Assembly: GCA_035629155.1 (NCBI GenBank)
Contig: DASPIO010000028.1
Location: forward strand, 23,762 to 87,761
Source: Azospirillum sp.
GTDB taxonomy: Bacteria > Pseudomonadota > Alphaproteobacteria > Azospirillales > Azospirillaceae
Reading direction: 5' to 3'
Length of the DNA: 64,000 bases
Part shown: piece after piece, positions 9,032 through 18,144 of the stretch
Layout: each line of letters begins with the position of its first letter
Position numbering within the stretch: position 1 is the first letter of the stretch
Program-made: the position numbers and the translations under genes
Notes under the pieces: model-generated
Told to the model about the DNA's origin: nothing
Databases searched by the model: none
Seen by the model: only the letters and a program-made list of their open reading frames with translations

Positions 9032-9731
9032 GGGCAGTCTCGAACAGCGCCAGCCCGTCCACCGGCTGGTGGTCGATGTAATCCTCGTCGCGCTCGAACC
9101 GGGCGCGGGTGCCAGGGCGCAGGCGGACCAGCCCTTCGGCGGTGGCACCGAGCCGGAACACGAACCAAGCATAGGCCGAGGCGGAACGCGCGCGACGGTC
9201 CAGGCGGCCTTTCAGGAGCGAGATGCGCTCGATGAAGGGGCAGTAGGTCACCGGGTGCCGGGTGAACAGCGCGTCGCGCGTGTCGGTCTCCAGCCACTGC
9301 ACGCGGCAGAACAGCGCAACGCCCATGCGCGCGACGGACAGCGCTCGCCAAGCGAAGTCTTCCGCCGCATTGAAGGGTGGATTGGTGATGACCCAGTCGA
9401 CCGGGCCCGGCGGCATCCAGTGGGCGCCCAGCGTCGTGTCGAGGAAATCGCCCACCTCGCCGAAGCCGTAGCGGAAAACGTCGCTGGCGTAGACTTGGCC
9501 GAAATATTCGGCCAGCGGCGTGGCCATGTGCCCTCCGCCGCAGGCCGGCTCCCAAACTGACAGCGGCGCCAGCGCCTCGCGCCCGCCCAGCACCAACTCG
9601 CACAAGGCGCGCGTCCCCCAGGGCGGAGTGGGGAAGTAGTCGAGCGAGTCCGGCGGCTCGACCCGGCGGGCCATGACGGCGGTAGAGCGGTTCTGCCCGG
9701 CCATCACGCGCGCCATTTCCGATGGCGCCAA
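9024..9731 (-). CDS. Phage SAM-dependent (amino-) DNA methyltransferase
   Basis: WEPACGGGHM (motif I) and VITNPPF (motif IV); DYFPTPPW N-terminus. Confidence 0.85.
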   Translation of the reverse strand: MAPSEMARVMAGQNRSTAVMARRVEPPDSLDYFPTPPWGTRALCELVLGGREALAPLSVWEPACGGGHMATPLAEYFGQVYASDVFRYGFGEVGDFLDTTLGAHWMPPGPVDWVITNPPFNAAEDFAWRALSVARMGVALFCRVQWLETDTRDALFTRHPVTYCPFIERISLLKGRLDRRARSASAYAWFVFRLGATAEGLVRLRPGTRARFERDEDYIDHQPVDGLALFETAHG

Positions 9732-9958
9732 GCGGCGCGACGGGCACGGAACGCATGAAGGACGAGTAAGAGGCCCATGAGGAACGCCTCGCGCGGCGTC
9801 ATATCGATCCGGGCCCGGTTGTCCTCGTCCGGCTTCATGACAATGTGCACGGTGCCGTAGCGGCTCGTAATGACCTTTAGCCTGGGAGAAGGCGCGACCT
9901 GTGCGACAATGGCAGCGCCGGTGGTGCTGGCCCGCAGCTTCGCCAATTGGTCAGACAT
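9704..9958 (-). CDS. Hypothetical phage protein with a hydrophobic C-terminus
   Basis: Overlaps the portal stop and the MTase start; operon-like packing. Confidence 0.5.
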   Translation of the reverse strand: MSDQLAKLRASTTGAAIVAQVAPSPRLKVITSRYGTVHIVMKPDEDNRARIDMTPREAFLMGLLLVLHAFRARRAAWRHRKWRA

Positions 9959-11564
9959 TGCCACCCCCCATCACGCCGGCCCGCGCGGCGACGCGGGCCA
10001 CGAACTGGCCGCGGGCCAGCATGTCCTGGAGCGGCGCCAGGTCGGCGGCGCCGGCGAGGTCGGCGAGGCGGCGCAGGAACTCCTCCGGTCCCGCCGCCTC
10101 GCGGGCGGCCTGGATCACCGCCTCCACCAGCGGGGCGGCCAGCGGTTCCCAGTCGCCCAGCATCTCGTCGACCAGCCGATCGACGGCGTCGCCGTCGTCG
10201 GCGCCAGGGATCTGGGCGGCGGCCAGCGCCTTGTCGGCGGGGCCCCTCGCCGGCGGGGGTGGCGCGGCGGGGCTCCCAGCGGGATCGGCCGCCGGGTCCG
10301 GCGCCGACGCCGACGGGGCGGCCAGCAGCTCGTCCCCCTCGTCCGGGTCGCTGAAGTTGTAGCGGTCGCGGACCTCCGACATGGACACCTTCATGCCCAT
10401 GGGCACCAGCGTCTTCAGCGCTTCCAGCTGCAGCTTCAAGTCCTGCTGGTCCGGCCGGCCGATGCGCAGCAGCGGGGGCTTGGCCTTCGGGATGTTGAGG
10501 GCGACGGCGGGCGCCGCGAGGTCGCGCATCAGCGTGGCGGCGAGCTGGCGGGCGTCGGCGCGCTCGATGTCCTCCTGCACCTGGCGGTGCTCCTGCGACA
10601 CGGCATGCCCGCCGGAGATGGCGTCGGTGGTCGTCGTCTGGCCCAGCACCAGCTTGCTGGTCTGGCGCTCGAAGAACTCGACCAGCCCCTTGAAGATGTC
10701 CGCGTTGGCCGAGGCGCCCTCGGCGCGGATGAACTCCAGCATCATCGACTGGGGAATGATGGCGGCGGCGTCGGCGGCGATGTTCCGCACGGCGCGCAGG
10801 AGGGCGTCCATATCCGACTTGCTGGCGCCGGGGCCGTACCGGCCGACGCGGATGGGCTGGCCGTAGGTCTCGACGAAGGAAAGCCAGTCCTTCGTGCCGA
10901 ACGATGTGAACAGCCATGCCCAGCAGGCCGGCCGGGCCAAGCCGCCACGGATGGGGATGCCGGACTTGGTGCGCGGGCGGTGCACGATGAACTTGAAGAG
11001 ATCGAGGTCCCGGCCATCCGGGTAGCCGGACTCGCGCATGCGCAAGGTGGTATGGTCGACGCGGTCGAACTGGAACCAGCTCGGCTCGCGCCAGATCAGC
11101 TTGCGCGGCATCCACTGCCGCTCGGAGGTTTCCCAGACGATCTCAGAGACGGCGTAGCCCTTGGCGAGGCCGTCCAGCAGGTCGTACAGCGCGTCCGGGA
11201 ACTCCGGATCGGCGACGATCTCGCGCACCAGGTCGGCGGCGGCCACGTCCTCCAGCTTGTCGGACGCCGCCTCGACGGTGACCTCCAGCCCGGAGACGGC
11301 CAAGCGGCGGGTGGCGAGGACGGAGCGGAAGTGGATGAACTTCTCCTCGATGTCCTCGCACAGCGCCAGATAGGCGGCGGTGTCGCCGCCCTCGGCCGCG
11401 CGCAGAATGGTGCCCAGGCGCGCCGGCGTCAGGCCGTAGGAGGGATGATCGGCCAGCACCTGCCGCACGCCGGTCACGCTTGGGCCGGCAATCTCTTCCG
11501 TCAGCACCTCGCGCCGAATGGGCTGGCCCTCGGGGCCCAGGATCGGGGATAGGACGGTCGGCAT
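9951..11564 (-). CDS. Portal protein, Mu gp29 (DUF935)
   Basis: GLARPACWAWLF, FVETYGQPIRVGRY, SKLVLGQTTTT motifs; follows the terminase. Confidence 0.95.
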   Translation of the reverse strand: MPTVLSPILGPEGQPIRREVLTEEIAGPSVTGVRQVLADHPSYGLTPARLGTILRAAEGGDTAAYLALCEDIEEKFIHFRSVLATRRLAVSGLEVTVEAASDKLEDVAAADLVREIVADPEFPDALYDLLDGLAKGYAVSEIVWETSERQWMPRKLIWREPSWFQFDRVDHTTLRMRESGYPDGRDLDLFKFIVHRPRTKSGIPIRGGLARPACWAWLFTSFGTKDWLSFVETYGQPIRVGRYGPGASKSDMDALLRAVRNIAADAAAIIPQSMMLEFIRAEGASANADIFKGLVEFFERQTSKLVLGQTTTTDAISGGHAVSQEHRQVQEDIERADARQLAATLMRDLAAPAVALNIPKAKPPLLRIGRPDQQDLKLQLEALKTLVPMGMKVSMSEVRDRYNFSDPDEGDELLAAPSASAPDPAADPAGSPAAPPPPARGPADKALAAAQIPGADDGDAVDRLVDEMLGDWEPLAAPLVEAVIQAAREAAGPEEFLRRLADLAGAADLAPLQDMLARGQFVARVAARAGVMGGGNV

Positions 11565-13174
11565 CACCAAGCTCCATTGCGAAATAGCCAGACCTGCTGG
11601 TCATCATCCCAGACGGGCTCGTCACCGGGCCTCGGTTCGTAGTCGAGCACCGGATCCCGCTGGAGCGCAGGCGTGTAGGCGTACTCCGCCGGGTCCTGGC
11701 GGCTGGCGAAGTGGCACAGGGCGGCGGCGATGCCGGCGTCGCCGTGGCGCATGTTGCCGTCCGCGCCCATGGTGCGTGCCTGGGTGCGCTTCAGCTGGGC
11801 GACGCCGTCGCGCACCTCGAACTGGCCGAAGTCGACCAGCCAGTCGGCGTCCCTGGGCAGCAGGATCGAGGCGCCCTCGAACGCCGCCTTGAACGGCGGC
11901 ATGTTCACGCGATACCACTCGGTGCTGAACTTCACCTCGATCACCGTCTGGGGCCCGAAGTGCTGGCGCATGCGTTCGGCCAAGCTGGCGCCGTTGCCGC
12001 CCGCGTCGATCGCCGCGCGCGTCAGGCGCGGCAGACGGTCGAGCACGTACTTGACGACGAACTTCTGCTCTTCGTCGGGGACCTGCCGCATCTCCAACGC
12101 GCACGCCGCGCGCAACGTCAGGTCGGACAGGAGCTGGGCCGGCATGCCGATCGAGGCATCGCGCAGGCGGGCATAATCATGGCCGTAGAAGGACTGCCGC
12201 TCGCGGTCGCAGCGATCCAGAACGGGGCGCAGGTTCTCCTCGCACCATGCCAGGGCCACCGCTTGGCGGGCGTAGTCCGGCAGGTCGACGAAGCCGGGCT
12301 CGACCTGCCAGCGCAGCACGGGGATCTCGTCCGACATGCGGGCCAGCACCAGAGGGCGCGGGAGCCATGTGCCGCCCTTGTGCTTGGGGATGACGTGCAG
12401 TTCCTCGTCGGCCGCGTCGCCGTAGCTGGCCACGATCTCCGCGCGCCACGCCGCCTCCTTCTCGGCCGTCCACTCCTCGCCCTTGACCATGCAGATACGT
12501 CGGTACAGCCCATCCGCGATGGCCTCGTCGAAGGTGACGCGCAGCACGGCATAGGGCTTCTTGCCGGCGCGGATGGACTCGATCAGCTGGTTGAACGGGT
12601 TGTCGGTGCCGTCGTGGGTGGAGATGATCGCGACCTTGCCGCCCCAGATCAGCAGCGCCATGGCCGCCTTGATCAGCTCGTCCAGATCATCGTGGAAGGC
12701 CGCCTCGTCGACGATGACGTACCCCTGCCGGCCGCGCAGGGAGCGCGGGCGGCTGGCCAACGCCAGGATCTCGAACCCGCTGGCGAAGGTGATGCGGAAC
12801 GCCTTGATGCCGTCGTCGCTGCCGTCGTCGAACAGGATCTCGTCGCTGGCCGAGCACGCCTTGTCGAACAGCCGGGACCAGGAACCGGCGGTGTCCACAA
12901 ATTCTCTGGCCATGTCGAGGTTGTAGCCGATGTACAGCACGTCCATGCCGCCGGCCTTCTTCTCGGCGGCGGCGGTGAGGACGGCGTCGGCGGCGACGGC
13001 CCAGGTGAAGCCGATGCGGCGGGACTTCTCGCACACGATGACGGTGTGCATTCCCGTCGTGGCGAGGAACTTCTGCTGATAGCCGAGCAGCAGGTCAAGG
13101 CCGTCTCCGGCGTCGCCCAGCAGCGCGGCCGGCAGGTCGGCCGGCCTGCTCTTATCGGGCCAGGGGGCGCTCAT
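11564..13174 (-). CDS. Terminase large subunit (Mu gp28-like)
   Basis: KSRRIGFTW Walker A, VIVDEAAFH Walker B, GHDYAR and IDAGGNG nuclease motifs, HGDAGIA. Confidence 0.95.
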   Translation of the reverse strand: MSAPWPDKSRPADLPAALLGDAGDGLDLLLGYQQKFLATTGMHTVIVCEKSRRIGFTWAVAADAVLTAAAEKKAGGMDVLYIGYNLDMAREFVDTAGSWSRLFDKACSASDEILFDDGSDDGIKAFRITFASGFEILALASRPRSLRGRQGYVIVDEAAFHDDLDELIKAAMALLIWGGKVAIISTHDGTDNPFNQLIESIRAGKKPYAVLRVTFDEAIADGLYRRICMVKGEEWTAEKEAAWRAEIVASYGDAADEELHVIPKHKGGTWLPRPLVLARMSDEIPVLRWQVEPGFVDLPDYARQAVALAWCEENLRPVLDRCDRERQSFYGHDYARLRDASIGMPAQLLSDLTLRAACALEMRQVPDEEQKFVVKYVLDRLPRLTRAAIDAGGNGASLAERMRQHFGPQTVIEVKFSTEWYRVNMPPFKAAFEGASILLPRDADWLVDFGQFEVRDGVAQLKRTQARTMGADGNMRHGDAGIAAALCHFASRQDPAEYAYTPALQRDPVLDYEPRPGDEPVWDDDQQVWLFRNGAW

Positions 13175-13710
13175 GCGGCGGCCTTGCGGATACCGAGGAA
13201 GTCTTCCTTGATGGCCTTGACCATGTCGGCCGACAGGCCCTTCTTCTTGCCCACCGCCTCAAGCGTGGCGAGTGCCTTCTTGTCGGCCTCGGCCTGGAGC
13301 TTCAGCACCAGGTCGGCGTCCGTCTTCCGGGCCGATGTCAGCTTCTGGATGGCGCCGGCCGCGAAATTGGCTTCCTGGGCGTCGAGTTGGACCGGCTCGC
13401 CGTCCTTGCCGGCCAGCAGGCGCATCAGCATGGCGTGACCAAGCTCGATGTTCAGCCGCGCCACCTTGCTGTCGGGTTCGTCGCCCAGCTCCCTCACCAG
13501 CGCTTCAGCGGCCTCGCGCGTCTCGCGCAGCTGCGCGCCGATCTTCTCGATCTTCTGGACGTGGCGGCCAACCGCACTGCGCGAGACGTCGACCTGCATG
13601 CCGCGCAGGTGGGCGAGGATCTCGTCGATCGTCGCGCCGTCCTGCCGCAACTGGCCGATGGCCTCGCGGATTTCCTTGGGCAGACGGTCGATGCTGGAGC
13701 GGGCGGCCAT
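13171..13710 (-). CDS. Terminase small subunit (Mu gp27, DUF3486)
   Basis: RSSIDRLPKEIR...VSRSAVGRH HTH-type N-terminus, directly upstream of TerL. Confidence 0.9.
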   Translation of the reverse strand: MAARSSIDRLPKEIREAIGQLRQDGATIDEILAHLRGMQVDVSRSAVGRHVQKIEKIGAQLRETREAAEALVRELGDEPDSKVARLNIELGHAMLMRLLAGKDGEPVQLDAQEANFAAGAIQKLTSARKTDADLVLKLQAEADKKALATLEAVGKKKGLSADMVKAIKEDFLGIRKAAA

Positions 13711-13714
13711 GGCG

Positions 13715-14011
13715 TCAGCCCAGGCTGGGCAGCTTGACGCCCGGCAACGGAGCGCCCAGGCGCTTGAGGTGGTTGTCGCCGGCGGCGCGCAGCTCGGCGA
13801 CCAGGACGGTTCCCACCTGCTCGGTGGCCACGGCCTGGAGCGTGCCGAGGTATCCAAGCTGCTGCACGACCTGTTCGCGCGTCACGTGGTGGCCCAGCCG
13901 GTTGGCCAGATCCTGGAGGATGGAGGCGTTGGCCCTCGCCCCCGGCGCCTCGGCAAGGAGGCGCAGGAGCACCAGGCGCAGATCCTCGATCAGATGATCC
14001 TGGAAGCTCAT
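13715..14011 (-). CDS. Mu gp26-like winged-helix protein
   Basis: RLVLLRLLAEAPG.RAN.SIL...PGVKLPS motif in its conserved position. Confidence 0.85.
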   Translation of the reverse strand: MSFQDHLIEDLRLVLLRLLAEAPGARANASILQDLANRLGHHVTREQVVQQLGYLGTLQAVATEQVGTVLVAELRAAGDNHLKRLGAPLPGVKLPSLG

Positions 14012-14313
14012 GCCTTGGCCTTCGTGTTGAGGAGGTAGTCCTCGATCCGCCGGACGCTGGCGCTGATGCCGGCGAGCAGCTGCTGCTGCGCGTCGACCTT
14101 GCCCTCCAGCTGGGCGACGTCGTCGCGCAGGACGGCGAAGTCCTTGTGCGTCGGCAGGTGGCGCAGCTCCTGCTCGATCAGCGCGACGCGCGTGGCCAGC
14201 TTGTCGAAGTCGGCGCGCGGCACGAAGGCGGCGCGCATCGACCACAGGAGCCAGCCGAGGAACAGGTTGATGAGCAGGACGATGGCCCAGCCCCATTTGA
14301 CCAGCTCGTCCAT
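14008..14313 (-). CDS. Mu gp25-like membrane-anchored coiled-coil protein (DUF2730)
   Basis: N-terminal TM segment, EQELRHLPT motif, coiled coil. Confidence 0.85.
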   Translation of the reverse strand: MDELVKWGWAIVLLINLFLGWLLWSMRAAFVPRADFDKLATRVALIEQELRHLPTHKDFAVLRDDVAQLEGKVDAQQQLLAGISASVRRIEDYLLNTKAKA

Positions 14314-14358
14314 CAGCGCATCTCCCGGCCGGCGGTCAGTCGTAACGGCGTGTCCACG

Positions 14359-14964
14359 TCACACCCCCTGGGCGGGGGCGGTCGCGTCCAGAACTGCGGA
14401 CTCCGCCGGCGGCATGACGTTCTTGTCCACCAGCATCAGCAGGCGGGCCTCGACCATGTTGTGCAGGCTGATGTCGTCGATACCGAAATGCTTCAGCGCG
14501 CCGGGCACGCGATCCAGGGCGTATTGCGCGGCCAGCGCCACGGTGGTGTTGTGCAGGTCGATCGGCTCGGCCTGCTTCGCGACGAAGGCTTCGGCCTTGG
14601 CGGTGCCGTAGCTGATGGCACGGTCCAGCGCCTTTTCCAGGTAGTCGCGGGTGTGCGCATCGACCTCCAGGCCGGTGCGGCGTTCGATGGAGCGGACCAG
14701 CGCCCGCGCCAGGATGCCGACGATCGCCGTGATGGCGGTGCCCACCGTGCCGACGACGGTGACCAGGAGGGGCGAGAGATCAACGGTGGTGCCGTCGCCG
14801 GCCAGGGCGGTGAAGGGCATCAGGACGAAGCCCACGGCGAAGGCCGCCGCCATGGCCGCGCGATCGTCGCGGGTGAAGCAGAGGTGGATGACGACGGCGA
14901 CGAAGCCGATCATGGCCACCGTCAGGGCGGCGATCAGCAGGAAGGGCGCGGCGGAGACGGGCAC
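14359..14964 (-). CDS. Putative holin / lysis membrane protein
   Basis: Three hydrophobic segments; directly downstream of the endolysin. Confidence 0.6.
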   Translation of the reverse strand: MPVSAAPFLLIAALTVAMIGFVAVVIHLCFTRDDRAAMAAAFAVGFVLMPFTALAGDGTTVDLSPLLVTVVGTVGTAITAIVGILARALVRSIERRTGLEVDAHTRDYLEKALDRAISYGTAKAEAFVAKQAEPIDLHNTTVALAAQYALDRVPGALKHFGIDDISLHNMVEARLLMLVDKNVMPPAESAVLDATAPAQGV

Positions 14965-14979
14965 GGGGAACCTCCAGGA

Positions 14980-15567
14980 TCAGGTGGGCTGGGCGTAGGC
15001 GCGGTTGAGCCAGCCCTTCTCGAACGTGCCGAGGGGCGGACGGGCGAGGACGAGGCCGCGGTAGAAGCCGGCCGCCTCGCTCTTCAGCGCGGCGATCAGC
15101 GACCGCGCGTCGGCGGCGTTGACGGCAGAGATGGACTTGGGACCCAGGACGCCGTCGTCGGAGACGGGGAACCAGCAGGCACGCACCGCGCGCTGGAGGC
15201 AGCGGTGGGCGGGGCCGGGGCCCATGTTGACCGCGAGGTCGAAGGTCTTGATGGCGATGGCCGGGTCGATGATGCGCGCGTAGCCGTGGCGGTCCCACCA
15301 GCGCGAGCGGTAGAGCTGGGCGGCGCGCTCACGCGGCATCGTGCGGATATCGTCGGCATCGACGTCGCCGTCGCCGTCCACGTCGCCATCGGCCAAGCCG
15401 TCGTGGTCGAGGTCGAGCAGCCCTTCGGCGCGCAGGAAGCGCAGGCTGATGCCGAAGTTGGTGATGCCGCCGGGATCGGCGGGATCGTTGGACAGGCCGC
15501 CCTCGTGCTTCAACACGAAGACGAGCGCGCGCTCGAACAGGTCGTCGGCGGGGGACAAAGGCGGCAC
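14980..15567 (-). CDS. Endolysin, glycoside hydrolase family 108 with PG_binding_3 domain
   Basis: HEGGLSNDPADPGGITNFGI catalytic motif; DGVLGPKS; FEKGWLNRA. Confidence 0.93.
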   Translation of the reverse strand: MPPLSPADDLFERALVFVLKHEGGLSNDPADPGGITNFGISLRFLRAEGLLDLDHDGLADGDVDGDGDVDADDIRTMPRERAAQLYRSRWWDRHGYARIIDPAIAIKTFDLAVNMGPGPAHRCLQRAVRACWFPVSDDGVLGPKSISAVNAADARSLIAALKSEAAGFYRGLVLARPPLGTFEKGWLNRAYAQPT

Positions 15568-15621
15568 TCCCGTGGGTGGTGGGATGCCGCGAGTTTCGCG
15601 CGCATGCGTCTTCAGGCGGGC

Positions 15622-15700
15622 ACGGAACTGGTTCCGCCCCCGCGTCGCGGGTCAGGGTAGTCCGTAATGGGGAGGATGCGACCGCCGGAACCGGTTCCGC
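15622..15700 (-). promoter_or_regulatory. Putative lysis late promoter: dyads CCGGAAC-CG-GTTCCGC (15685-15700) and ACGGAAC-TG-GTTCCGC (15622-15637), -10 TACCCT (15654-15659)
   Basis: Same dyad and spacing as the promoter before gpI; position matches Mu Plys. Confidence 0.65.
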
Positions 15701-15701
15701 G

Positions 15702-16076
15702 TCAGTCGAACAGGCTGGGTGCCTTGGGGTCGACGGCGCGGACCTCAGCATTGACCTTGCGGACGTGCCGCTCGGTGCAGCCGAGTTCCATGGCAATCTG
15801 ACGCGTTGTGCCAGTGGCGCGCAAGATGTGTTGCTTCAGGGCTTTGGTGGACTTGGCGTTCGGCACGTCCACCTGTTCGCCAGGGTAGATGGCGGCGAGC
15901 ACCTGCGCCGCCTCAAGCCCGATCAATTCCACCAGCGGCTGGCCGAGGCGCGGGTTGGCCGGAACCTTCCGCTTTGTGCCGCCCCACGCCTGCACGAGCT
16001 TCCACGCCGCGTCGACGTGGCCGGCGCGGGCGAGGTCGCCCAGGATGCCGGGCAAGTGGACGCGCTCCTCCGTCAT
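15702..16076 (-). CDS. Mor/C-family late transcription activator (helper)
   Basis: LIGLEAAQVLAAIYPGEQVDVP plus C-terminal HTH (TRQIAMELGCTERHVRKV); lies between gemA and lysis as in Mu. Confidence 0.88.
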   Translation of the reverse strand: MTEERVHLPGILGDLARAGHVDAAWKLVQAWGGTKRKVPANPRLGQPLVELIGLEAAQVLAAIYPGEQVDVPNAKSTKALKQHILRATGTTRQIAMELGCTERHVRKVNAEVRAVDPKAPSLFD

Positions 16077-16549
16077 CCTTTGGCCTCGGCCTTCTGGGCG
16101 CGGGCGTGCATGGCCTTCAGCGCCTCGATCACCTTGGCCGCCTGGGCGATCGGCAGGCGGCCCATCTGCTGACCGGTCACCTTCGCGATGAAGGCGTCCA
16201 TGGCCGGAACGCCCCGGCTCTTGACGGTACCGGCCTGGTGCAGGTCGATCCACAGCGCGCGGATCTTCCCGAGCTGCGGCGTATCGGCGTAGCGCGACGT
16301 CGGCCGGCCGGCGGCCTTGCCCTTCGGTTGGCCGGCGCCGAGGGCGCGGAAGCCGTCGAGCAGCGCCCGGCGCTCCGCCGTGGTCAGTTCGGCGGAGCTG
16401 TCCGTCCGCCCGTTCGAAGCCTGAAGGACGCGCGCCCGGTAGCAATCATCGGCGAGCGCCAGTTCCTTCTTCATGGCGTGGATGGCCGCCAGCTCCCTCT
16501 TGCGCTGCTGGTCACGATCCGCGCCGGATGGTTTGACGGGAGTTCGCAT
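16073..16549 (-). CDS. gemA: GemA / Mu gp16 (DUF1018)
   Basis: LAAIHAMKKELAL.DD.YR...GR.DSSAELT, QLGKIRALW motifs. Confidence 0.92.
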   Translation of the reverse strand: MRTPVKPSGADRDQQRKRELAAIHAMKKELALADDCYRARVLQASNGRTDSSAELTTAERRALLDGFRALGAGQPKGKAAGRPTSRYADTPQLGKIRALWIDLHQAGTVKSRGVPAMDAFIAKVTGQQMGRLPIAQAAKVIEALKAMHARAQKAEAKG

Positions 16550-16674
16550 TTCAATACCCTCGTTTGGTGGCGTACCGCAGTTGCGGTGCAGCGCGGATAG
16601 GCCGGCGCTCCTACGGAGCCTTGGCGCTATCTCGCGGGTGCGGTAGTGGCGGCCCGAAGGCCGCCACCGCACGA

Positions 16675-17337
16675 TCAGCCGGCCGGCGTGAAGTCGAGGA
16701 AGTATTCCTTGCCCTGCTCGAACGCGCCCCAAGCATCGGGGTTGCTGATGTACATGTGAAGCTGGCCGCCCGGCGTTGCCGCCGACCACTTCGCATTCTC
16801 GCTGTTGGGGTCGGCGGAGTACACCGGGGCGAAATAAACTTCTTCGGCGACCTTGGTCCCGGCGGTATCGTTTCGCTCGGCGAGGTTGTTGCAGCAGAAC
16901 TTGGCTCGGATGTTCATAGTGTGCTCTCCATGTGGTGCCGGGAAACCGCCCGGCGCGGGTTCGGTTGATCGCGAAGAAGGCTCGCCGTGCCCGACCGGGC
17001 AGAGCGGTATGTCCAGCAGATTGCCGTCCCATCCGCACTCCGGGCAGGGATGCGCCGCCGACACCGGCCGGGCCTGGAACTGCTGCACCAACTCATTCAG
17101 CCGCGCGACGGCAGCGGCTGGATCCATGCGGCGCCATGGCCGGTCTTCCAGCACCGCCACCAATTCGGTGGGCGACAAGCCGCCACGCTCGGCGAGGCGG
17201 CGAAGCGACTGGCCGTGATTGCGCTGCGCCTGGGCTTCGTGCGGTTGGACGAGAGACAACGGGACCGTCTTCGGCTGGCCGGGCAGCGGCTTGTTGCCAA
17301 GTCCTGTCAGGACGGGAAAGGTGCTGGTGGTGCTCAT
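16675..17337 (-). CDS. Hypothetical phage ORF; the C-terminal 80 aa (start 16917) is a conserved small phage protein
   Basis: Internal GGAGAG-ATG gives MNIRAKF...ATPGGQLHMYISNPDAWGAFEQGKEYFLDFTPAG. The N-terminal half (HEAQAQRNHGQSLRRLAERGGLS) looks like a second module. Confidence 0.65.
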   Translation of the reverse strand: MSTTSTFPVLTGLGNKPLPGQPKTVPLSLVQPHEAQAQRNHGQSLRRLAERGGLSPTELVAVLEDRPWRRMDPAAAVARLNELVQQFQARPVSAAHPCPECGWDGNLLDIPLCPVGHGEPSSRSTEPAPGGFPAPHGEHTMNIRAKFCCNNLAERNDTAGTKVAEEVYFAPVYSADPNSENAKWSAATPGGQLHMYISNPDAWGAFEQGKEYFLDFTPAG

Positions 17338-17403
17338 GACGGCCTCTCTTTGGGATTGGGGACCACAGTCCCATTGCTGCGCTGCACGCGTTTTGACGCG
17401 CGT

Positions 17404-18144
17404 TCAAACGGTGGGTTTGCCGGGCTTGCGGCCACCCATGCGGAGCTTGAAAAGACGCTCGGAACCAGCGTGCAAGAGTTGGCAGAAGTCGGGATCTTCG
17501 GTGGCGCACAGGCCCTTTTCGGCCAGATGGATGATGGCGCGGCCCAGATCGGGAATGCCGGGAAGGCTGTCCTGCTCAACCTGGAAGCCCCGCATCCCGC
17601 TGTGGGAGTGCTCGTCCATCCACTCCAGGACGCAGAGTTCCTGTGCTTCCGTCAGGCGGAAGACGGTCCGCTTGGTCGCCCTGGCTCCCGCCTTGCCGCC
17701 CCGTCGCTTCGGCTTGGCGGCCTGCCAGTCAGCCAGGCGCGTACCTTGGCGGCGGAGCTGCACCAGCCCCTCCCAAGTGGATAGCTCTGCGTGCAGCCGC
17801 TCGTAGTCCTTTGTGAAGCGGTCACGAACTTCGGCAGTGACGGGGGCCAGCCCGAAGGTGAGGAACACCTCATGGACCAGCACCAGCGCCAGTGCGTCCT
17901 TGCTGTAGCGCTTCGTCAGCTCCTGGGCGGTGGCCTGCAACACCGCGTGTCCGCCGGTGCGGGTGGCGTCGTTGCTGGTGGCGTCGAACAGGGCGAGGTG
18001 GGCGTTCATGCCTCCCTTCACTTCTTCGCCCAGCGCCAGCAAGCGGTTGAGCCAGTAATCGGCAATGCCGTGGTCGACAACGTTGCGCACGCCGTCCGGC
18101 GTTCGCGCCAAGTCGAGGATGGAGGTAGCGGTGCGGCGCTTCAT
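17404..18144 (-). CDS. Hypothetical phage early protein
   Basis: 246-aa ORF overlapping the upstream stop (ATGA); no recognised family. Confidence 0.55.
   Translation of the reverse strand: MKRRTATSILDLARTPDGVRNVVDHGIADYWLNRLLALGEEVKGGMNAHLALFDATSNDATRTGGHAVLQATAQELTKRYSKDALALVLVHEVFLTFGLAPVTAEVRDRFTKDYERLHAELSTWEGLVQLRRQGTRLADWQAAKPKRRGGKAGARATKRTVFRLTEAQELCVLEWMDEHSHSGMRGFQVEQDSLPGIPDLGRAIIHLAEKGLCATEDPDFCQLLHAGSERLFKLRMGGRKPGKPTV

Noticed and set aside
17390-17410. CGTTCAAACG, an inverted copy of the TTTGAACG repeat core
   Set aside because: Single copy, overlapping a gene end, without the tandem arrangement or the activator dyad; may be chance.
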